7,741 bases of DNA from Amoebophrya sp. A120 (lineage: Eukaryota; Protista; Dinoflagellata), in the NCBI GenBank assembly GCA_905178155.1, contig CAJINV010000026.1:158935-166675 (forward strand), read 5' to 3'. A program made the position numbers and the translations under genes. How positions within the stretch are numbered: the first letter of the stretch is position 1; every line of letters starts with the position of its first letter. Shown one piece after another: positions 1 to 6,964 of this stretch. Below the pieces are notes generated by a model, which saw only the letters and a list, made by a program, of their open reading frames with translations, did no database searches and was not told the origin of the DNA.

Positions 1-1079
1 GGGCGAAATGCCTCGGCTTTCGCTGCTCTCTCGGGTCGTGTCCAGCGGAGACTGGACAAGCCCAAGCCCGGGACCCCTCGCGCGCGTCTCAACGGGGCGA
101 ACTGCCTCGGCTTTCCTTCGCTGCTTTCTTGGGTCGTGTCCAGTGGAGACTGGACAACCCCAAACCCGGGCGCCGGTCCCTGTGTGCGTCTCAACGGGGC
201 GAACTTCCTCGGCTTCCGCTGCTCTCTTGGGTCGTGTCCAGCGGAGACTGGACAACCCCAAGCCCGGGCGTCCTTGTGCGCGTCTCAACGGGGCGAACTG
301 CCTCGGCTTCCGCTGCTTTCTTGGGTCGTGTCCAGCGGAGACTGGACAACCCCAAGCCCGGGCATCCTTGTGCGCGTCTCAACGGGGTGAGCTGCCTCGG
401 CTTTCGCTGCTTTCTTGGATCGTGTCCAGTGGAGACTGGACAGCCCCAAACCCGGGCGCCCGCGCGCGCGTCTCAGCGGGGCGAACTGCCTCGGCTTTCG
501 CTGCTCTCTTGGGTCGCGTCCAGCGGAGACTGGACAACCCCAAGCCCGGGCATCCTTGTGCGCGCCTCAACGGGCGGGGCGAACTGCCTCTGCTTTCGCT
601 GCTTTCTTGGGTCATGTCCGGCGGAGACTGGACAACCCCAAACCCGGGCGCCCGTGTGCGCGTCTCAACGGGGCGAACTTCGTCGGCCCTCGCTGCTCTC
701 TTGGGTCGTGTCCAGCGGAGACTGGGCAACCCCAAGCCCGGGCAACCTTGTGCGCGCCTCAACGGGGCGAGCTGCCTCGGCTTTCGCTGCTTTCTTGGGT
801 CGTGTCCAGTGGAGACTGGACAGCCCCAAACCCGGGCGCCCGTGCGCGCGTCTCAACGGGGCGAGCTGCCTCGGCTTTCGCTGCTCTCTTGGGTCGTGTC
901 CCGCGGAGACTGGACAACCCCACGCCCGGAAGCTCTCGCGCGCGTCCCAGCGGGGCGAACTGCCTCGGCTTTCGCTGTTTTCTTGGGTCGTGTCCAGTGG
1001 GGACTGGACAACCCCAAAGCCGGGCGCCCATGCGCGCTTCTCAACGGGGCGAATTGCCTCAGCCTCGCTGCTCTTCTTG
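1..1079. repeat. Tandem satellite with a 94-bp unit: 11 complete copies plus a partial 12th, probably continuing left of the window
   Basis: The GGG(C/T)GA anchor recurs at 1, 95, 197, 291, 385, 479, 577, 671, 765, 859, 953 and 1047. The period is 94, except two units of 102 and 98 bp that carry small insertions. Approximate consensus: GGGCGAACTGCCTCGGCTTTCGCTGCTYTCTTGGGTCGTGTCCAGYGGAGACTGGACAACCCCAARCCCGGGC...GTGCGCGTCTCAACG. Confidence 0.97.
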
Positions 1080-3005
1080 TGGCTCGTGGCTGGTCGAGAC
1101 GGGGCAGCAAACGCAGTCACGCGAGAGCAACACACTATTGGCTCTTCGCGAGAGGAGAAGACGACCCCGGCCAAGGAATCAACCAGCCGTGTATGACATC
1201 TTGCCCACAACAAAGTGTCCACCGGGAACGTCAACAAGGTAAAACAAAAATTGTCCACGGCCCGCATACAATAGGCACCATGAGCAATCAATAGACATCG
1301 TTTCGCTTCATGCGAGTAAGAACAGCAAGCAATAATACTTTTATAGGCGAAATCACTTTCGCTGTGCACCTTAATACGCTGATAAAACTAGTTTCGTCTG
1401 CAGCTACACAACCCCATCGCTATCTCTTCCACCCTTCCCAATCCTCCCGTCGCCGCTCCGCCTACTCCGTACTGCAGGAACCCGGGCGCGTTCCTCCTCT
1501 CCGGATGACATCACGATCTGATGCCCTTTCCTCCCATCTCCGCTTTGTGGGAGTTGTAACTGCTGCCCACGTTGCTCATTTCCGCAACATCTATACTACT
1601 CCCACGGCGTTCTTCGCGATATTTCGTTGAAAATATGCTTCAATCAGAGAGGGTGCCTCGGCTTGCAGCGGTGCCATCTGCCTCCGCCGTTCCAATATCC
1701 TCTGCAGGTTCTACTTCATCTGCTGCGCCATAACAACGAACGCAGCTGCTCTAGTTAGTGGGCCCGGGGACGTCCCGAACAATTCCCACGCGGCTCGGCC
1801 CAGGAATAAACGGAGCTGGTGTGGGGAGATTGCCAAAGAACCCCAAAAGCGAGACACATCGTCACGCCCCGGGGTGGAAAAAACCCGGCCGGCAGATAGA
1901 ATGCCACCCCCGCTAGCCGCTATCCTCGGTCGCCATGATCATGATGGCTGACAATCATGACATGATCGCCATGCCATGCGGTTACGCTAGGTAGTTGTAA
2001 AGGAGATTTGGCACCTTGAGGAAAACATGTCGAAGGACTTCTCTCCAGAAATACTCAATCATCAGCACTTCCTGCTCGTGATATCACTTCTAGTAACCCC
2101 CTCTCCCTGCAACCAAAACATCGTCGTACCCTCAGAAAGTGGTCCGCTCTACTTTCCTGAGCTCCACAACACTTCACTAGCAAAGACTTGCAGGCAAGCA
2201 ACCTAATCAGGTGGCACAATATTCTTGGCGGGGATATGCGGGCCTGCCCGTGTGGGCGGGAGCATCAGTAACAGAGCAAAACAACACCTGCACGCGGCTG
2301 GGCGGTGAAGCCGCAGCGCGCCGCGCAAAACAATGCCGCACCCTGGCCCGTGCGGGCGCCTGCCAATGCATGCGATGGCTGGCCGTGGCAGGAGAGGTGG
2401 TTTTCGTCCAATGCGTGAGCTGTCGGGACCCCGCGTGCGCGGCGGGCGCGCGCCCTCCGTCCCTGGTAAATCAATAACCAACGCGGAGGACCGCGCACGC
2501 GCGAGAGAAATCTCGCGCCCCCTCTTTGTCATCTTAGCCCACGAGCGAGCTGCTGCGGCAGGGGCCCGCCGGCGTTTGGGCTCGACGCCTTTGGCCTTTG
2601 GCGCTCTTTTCAGAGGACAGGGGCAGGGCCATGCCGTTTACTCTTGTTGTTCTTCCACCATGAGAGTCCCGCGCGCCCGCCGTCGGGCCGCGCCACGGCC
2701 GCAGTGGCTTCGCGGCGCGATTCCGTCAACCCAGCAAGGCCATAAGTTTGACATATCGTTTTGCCTTCCAAGACAACTAGGAGGAACAACAGTGACAGAA
2801 ATATCGCTCTACAGAAGTGCTGAGTACAACAACTTCATCCTCCGCTCTCACACAACACCGTGCTCCATCTTACTTTCTCTCACCCTCTCTGATCCTCATC
2901 TTTCTGAAGGGTTGGCTGTCTATTTCTGCGCTCCTAGAACTTGGACTTCCACCACCTCGCTCCAGAGCTTGGTTGTGAAGTAGAGCAACGGCGAGGATAC
3001 GCGCA

Positions 3006-3059
3006 TCCTGCAAATTCCCGAGAACAGCACACTCCTGCAAATTCCCGAGAGCAGCAGAC
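3006..3059. repeat. 27-bp tandem duplication
   Basis: TCCTGCAAATTCCCGAGAACAGCACAC (3006-3032) is followed by TCCTGCAAATTCCCGAGAGCAGCAGAC (3033-3059); 25/27 identical. Confidence 0.93.
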
Positions 3060-3352
3060 TCTCACTCTTCTGCCGGCGCCAGCCAAATTACTTATCAGCC
3101 TGGTGCCTTGTATGAATTCCGGTTCACGCCAGTATTTTACGTATGAGGAAACAAAACGCGTCCTGTCCACCTGGGACGTCTAAGTTGTACAACTAAAGCA
3201 AAAATTGTACACGCCCTACATTTAGGCTTCGTAGAAAGCAGTGGAGAGGCATCGTCCTAGAGTTGTGCTTAAGCTGAGTAACAGAAACAGCATCAATATC
3301 ACACAGAAAAAAACTGGCAGGTCATTACTATCTATTATATTCATGCGAAAAA

Positions 3353-3880
3353 AGAGGTCTACAGAGGGTCGAAGGGAGGTGGCCGAGAGGTCAAAAAGAG
3401 GTCAAGAGAGGTCAAAAAGAGGTCGACAGAGGTGGAGAGGTGGCGCGGGAGGTCATTCGAGGGGGTGGCCGAGAGGTGGCGCGGGTATAGCCAGCCGAAC
3501 CGTTCACCCTAAAGCCGCGCCTATGGGGGACGGAGGTGGCCGAGAGGGTCCCGAGAGGGTGCGTGAGAGGGGAACAGAGGTGCCGAGAGGTTGCGCGAAT
3601 AAGGGCGAACCTCTCGCGCACCCTCTGGGCCACCTCTCGGCCACCTCTGCAGACCTCTAACGGCGAGTATAGCCGGACTATTAGCAACACCTCTCGGGAG
3701 AGGTCAAAAAGAGGGTCTGCGAGAGGGTCAAAAAAATCCGAATCCCCCCGGCACGCGGCCGATTTTGTTGGGGCTCTTTCATGACGCAGGCCCACACCCT
3801 TTCGCGCTCCCCTCTTTCGCCACCCTCTCGCGCATCCTCTCGCGCACCCTCTCGCGCCACCCTCTCGCGCACCCTCCCGC
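3353..3880. repeat. Degenerate ~11-12-bp GAGAGG(G)T minisatellite in alternating orientations; foldback or MITE-like
   Basis: GAGAGG-type units occur at ~3353-3480, 3533-3592 and 3698-3730. Complementary CCTCTC units occur at 3608-3658, ~3689-3696 and ~3795-3880. There is a perfect 15-bp inverted repeat at 3533-3547/3633-3647 and a 14/15 inverted repeat at 3353-3367/3644-3658. Confidence 0.85.
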
Positions 3881-4104
3881 GCCCCAGTTCTGCTTCGGCA
3901 CCTACGTCGAGGCGGCTTCTCTTCGCCCCCGAGCTTCGCTGTAGCTGCCCCCTGCGCATAGCGCCTGAAGGCGCGGGAAGCGCGCAGGAGGCGGCGCGGG
4001 TTGACATGGCGCAAACCGGCGCCAGTACTTCCTTCGACCTGTCACCCTGTGCGCAAAGCCCTGGCGTTGCGGCCCGATCCGCAAATAGTCCTGCCCCGCC
4101 AAAA

Positions 4105-4140
4105 CAGCCGCGCGCCCCGGCGTCAGCCGGGGCATGGCTG
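4105..4140. other. Strong GC-rich stem-loop at a sharp GC-to-AT compositional boundary
   Basis: GCCCCGGC (4114-4121) - GTCA loop - GCCGGGGC (4126-4133), extended by CAGCC (4105-4109) and GGCTG (4136-4140). It is followed by TTTT on the minus strand. AT-rich sequence begins at 4141. Confidence 0.7.
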
Positions 4141-4706
4141 GTATTTGTAATGCAAAAATAAATAGACAGAAAAAATTGTCATGGGTGGCCCCATAGCATG
4201 CTGTTTCGGATATGCAAAGCAGATTTTTTTGTGTATTTTATGAACCTTGACCAAGCAACAGATAGATCATCTTTGGATGATCGTCTTTGGGTGATCTCTT
4301 CTACCGAATCGGAGGTGTGGAAGAGCCCTAACCAAGCGTGGTGGACTCACCCCATCCGGAGTCGCAACGCAACGACGCACCCAAAGAACCCTACATAAGC
4401 TCCGCGCAATGGAGATGAATTTGGGAACCCTAGCCCACCCCACGCACAGGGCGAGGCGACGACACCTACCGACTTGCGCCTCGAACACCCGGCAAAGAAC
4501 ATCTTGAAAAAACAGCGCGCGCCTATGGGTGGAGGTAGAAGAAGCGGCAATATTCCAGTCTACTCAAACGGAAAAAGTTGAGCTAGCATCATCTACAGGC
4601 GAATACAGCGACCATAGCAAAGAACGAAGCCCCCGGGACGTCCGGAGAAGAAAACATAGGACGTCAGTCACCCATTGCGAACCGCACCCCCTGGCAATCC
4701 GGCTCG

Positions 4707-5483
4707 CTACTTCTTATTGGCGCTGTGGACCTTCCAAGTGGCAGCGACATTAATACCGGCCCACGGCATCTTTTCGCTGAGCTTGCGAACTTCTTCCTCG
4801 GATTCGGGCGGCGAATGGGCATACTTGCAAGAGTTCCCAAACTGACAGGACCCCGACTTGAGATAATTGATGCACATCCCTCCCCCCGAAGCCTTCGGGC
4901 GCTTTGGAGGGGGGCCCCCGCCGTGCACCTTCTCCTTGCTCGCTCGCGCGAGCTGCAGTGCGTCCATCTTGTTGAAGAAAACGGAGGTCAAAAACACCCA
5001 CACCCGCAGGGCGTAGTCTTTTGGCGTGTCAGCCACCGCAGCCGCATCTTCCTCCTCGTATTCGTTCTCCACCACCAAGGATGCCAACTCCTTGAGGCAC
5101 TTGTTAGCGTCAGCGACGACAAAAGGAGACCCGGAAAAGCGTACATAAAGTCCCAGACCCCAGCTATTCGCGAAAGTTACGCGCTTCTCCGCAACAACCA
5201 AAACGGCGGCAGCCATCGACACTAGCTGCTTCAAGTCTGTGATCACCAAGGTGGCACAGCCCCGGCGGCGAACAAGCTTGATCATCGCAAAAAAGACATT
5301 GGCACCCGTGACGACATCAGAGCAGAGGCCCTTTTGCAGGACCACCATCTCGCTATCTTTCTGCTCATCGTTGTGACCCTTGACACACTTGTCAATGAGA
5401 GAGGAAAAACTCGCCAGCAGCTGCTGGTTATCTTGGTCGGCCGCTTGCGCGACCACTGCGCCCTGCCCATCGTCTCCGGCCAT
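4707..5483 (-). CDS. CCCH zinc-finger protein, 258 aa; putative Gag-like or RNA-binding protein of the element
   Basis: Contains C-x8-C-x5-C-x3-H (CINYLKSGSCQFGNSCKYAH, nt 4815-4874), preceded by a Gly/Pro/basic linker with an NLS-like PPPKRPK, and a helical-looking N-terminal region. The first ATG is at 5483 in the context ACAAAATGG; the ORF track starts 3 codons earlier at a TTG. Stop is TAG at 4707-4709. Confidence 0.88.
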   Translation of the reverse strand: MAGDDGQGAVVAQAADQDNQQLLASFSSLIDKCVKGHNDEQKDSEMVVLQKGLCSDVVTGANVFFAMIKLVRRRGCATLVITDLKQLVSMAAAVLVVAEKRVTFANSWGLGLYVRFSGSPFVVADANKCLKELASLVVENEYEEEDAAAVADTPKDYALRVWVFLTSVFFNKMDALQLARASKEKVHGGGPPPKRPKASGGGMCINYLKSGSCQFGNSCKYAHSPPESEEEVRKLSEKMPWAGINVAATWKVHSANKK

Positions 5484-5548
5484 TTTGTTCAAAAAGAGTA
5501 GAAATCCTATCGGGGCGAAAGCCTAGATGATGCAACACGACTGCAAAA

Positions 5549-5572
5549 GTGAGAATCACGGAAGATTCTCAC
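5549..5572. other. Perfect 9+6+9 inverted repeat in the spacer between the two genes
   Basis: GTGAGAATC (5549-5557) - ACGGAA - GATTCTCAC (5564-5572). Confidence 0.8.
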
Positions 5573-5838
5573 ATAAAAATCCCTGGAATTTGGAATGGGG
5601 AAAGACGCATGGACGGCATGGTGAAGAATTCGGCAGAACCCCAAACGCAAGAACGGAATATAAAATATCCAATAGAGCCCTTTCATTTTTTCAAAGACAG
5701 AAAAGATCCCACCCCCTATTTCGAGGCGACTAAAGAACAAAAGCGTGCGGATGGTTCAAATTTTCGACCATAACCCCAGTCGCAGCACTTAATATTTGCA
5801 TTTGACAGAGAGAAAGACCTATGGCAAATCATCAGCAT

Positions 5839-6858
5839 TTATAAAATAGCATGAGAGAGATCAACATCCTGGACCTCCCACAAGCTTTTCACTCTCCCAT
5901 AATAGAGGATCATGACTGGACTGGACCACCTCATGTGGCCCGTAATGTCCAGACTCGGAATTTTTTGCGCTAACAGAGTCAGCAAGAGCCCTATTCTAAG
6001 ACTATGGGTCGTCGTCTCAAATTGGTGCCGTTTCAGAATGGCCTCGACGTCGATGCCTTCACAAAGATCGATGAGACCCCGGTAAGCATGCAGGCAAGAA
6101 AGCTTGCCTTTGTCGCAAGAACAGCGGACCCGCATGGCCTGCACGGCGTTGCTTTTTAATACCGCCCCGCGCAAATCTAACCCGATCGACTTCGTCCCCC
6201 AAAGCACCTTGATCCCCTTGTTAATTTGCTGCGCCTCAGACTTCCGGAGCCCGAACAAAAACACCAGCAGCAACTTCGCGCGGTCTGTCGCGTTAACAAT
6301 TTTCATGATGTCCGAGCGGAAAAGCGGGCTTTTTTGGGTGTGGTTGAAGACGCCCTTGCGTCGCAGGCTCGCCAACAGCGACCAAATAAAACTTTGCTCC
6401 ACTTCGTTCATGGAGAGCTCGCCCTTCTTCCGCGCAGTCTTGAGGATCAGGCTAACATCGTCATCAAAAGTCTTGTATGACGTCACCAAGCAGACCGCCA
6501 CAAAATTCTCCAGGTGGTGGAAAGTGACCGGCCAAGGTTCACCCCCGCTCGCCCTAATAATCCTCTCATACTTCGACACCTGCGAAGCTACAGTGGACCC
6601 CGAAGCCATCGATGTCATCGAGCTCAAAAACTGCACGCACTGTGCTAACGACGCTGGGTCGGAGGCCAAACGGCACGCCGCCGAGAGTTTGGCCGACGTG
6701 CGTGTTTTTCTTCCTGTCGCTGGGTAAGAAATCGGAACCCCAGCCGACTCCTGCAGGATTTTCTCCAGCCTATCTACCGGCTGCTCGCGCGCATTTTCTT
6801 GTTTACTCTTTTGCGCCAACTCTAGTTTTTTGCGATAGCGATTCATGATAGACATCAT
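5839..6858 (-). CDS. Tyrosine recombinase (integrase family, Cre/DIRS-like Trp type), 339 aa
   Basis: Motifs are FLFGLR205KSE, LK235SN, H285SLR288IG and GHMRW311SSPVMILYY320. The H-x2-R, R-to-W (+23) and W-to-Y (+9) spacings equal those of Cre (H289/R292/W315/Y324). The ORF is uninterrupted from ATG 6858 to TAA 5839-5841. Confidence 0.93.
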   Translation of the reverse strand: MMSIMNRYRKKLELAQKSKQENAREQPVDRLEKILQESAGVPISYPATGRKTRTSAKLSAACRLASDPASLAQCVQFLSSMTSMASGSTVASQVSKYERIIRASGGEPWPVTFHHLENFVAVCLVTSYKTFDDDVSLILKTARKKGELSMNEVEQSFIWSLLASLRRKGVFNHTQKSPLFRSDIMKIVNATDRAKLLLVFLFGLRKSEAQQINKGIKVLWGTKSIGLDLRGAVLKSNAVQAMRVRCSCDKGKLSCLHAYRGLIDLCEGIDVEAILKRHQFETTTHSLRIGLLLTLLAQKIPSLDITGHMRWSSPVMILYYGRVKSLWEVQDVDLSHAIL

Positions 6859-6964
6859 CTTGTGGTAAACACCCCGGAGGCACAGAGAGCACCCTAGGAA
6901 AAGACCAGAAAAAGGCGTATATGCAGTCCCTCCGAATAAACAAAATCAAAAACTCTATGTCCCT

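Noticed and set aside
1-1079. CRISPR array
   Set aside because: The entire unit repeats, there are no unique spacers, and no cas genes are present.
1-1079. HDV-like or hammerhead ribozyme in the repeat unit (GGCGAA and TGG(G/A)CAAC resemblance)
   Set aside because: I could not build the P1/P2/P3/L3 pairings on either strand, and there is no CUGANGA core.
8-1294. Long ORFs (428, 355, 275 and 234 aa and others) over the satellite
   Set aside because: The GC-rich 94-bp unit almost lacks stop codons and is not a multiple of 3, so all frames cycle through the same three peptides. These are repeat artefacts.
1310-3183. Short ORFs of 77-216 aa in the unique region
   Set aside because: They have no recognisable domains, overlap on both strands and are driven by GC content. 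Small exons or decayed coding sequence cannot be excluded.
3183-3194. 12-bp palindrome AGTTGTACAACT
   Set aside because: It is isolated, and one or two such palindromes are expected by chance in a window this size.
3241-4161. Arg/Gly/Ala/Ser-rich ORFs across the GAGAGG repeats
   Set aside because: They are low-complexity translations of the minisatellite in several overlapping frames.
2057-5837. Dispersed 9-11-bp matches (AATCATCAGCA at 2057 and 5827; CGAGGCGAC at 4452 and 5722)
   Set aside because: Several matches of this length are expected by chance in 7.7 kb.
5755-5838. Hammerhead-like CTGATGA ... CGAAA on the minus strand just after the YR stop
   Set aside because: Stem II does not close directly on the core, and I found no stem I or stem III with a UH cleavage site.
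6104-6727. 207-aa + strand ORF (and likewise 4725-5225 +)
   Set aside because: These are antisense shadows of the recombinase and CCCH genes with no recognisable motifs.
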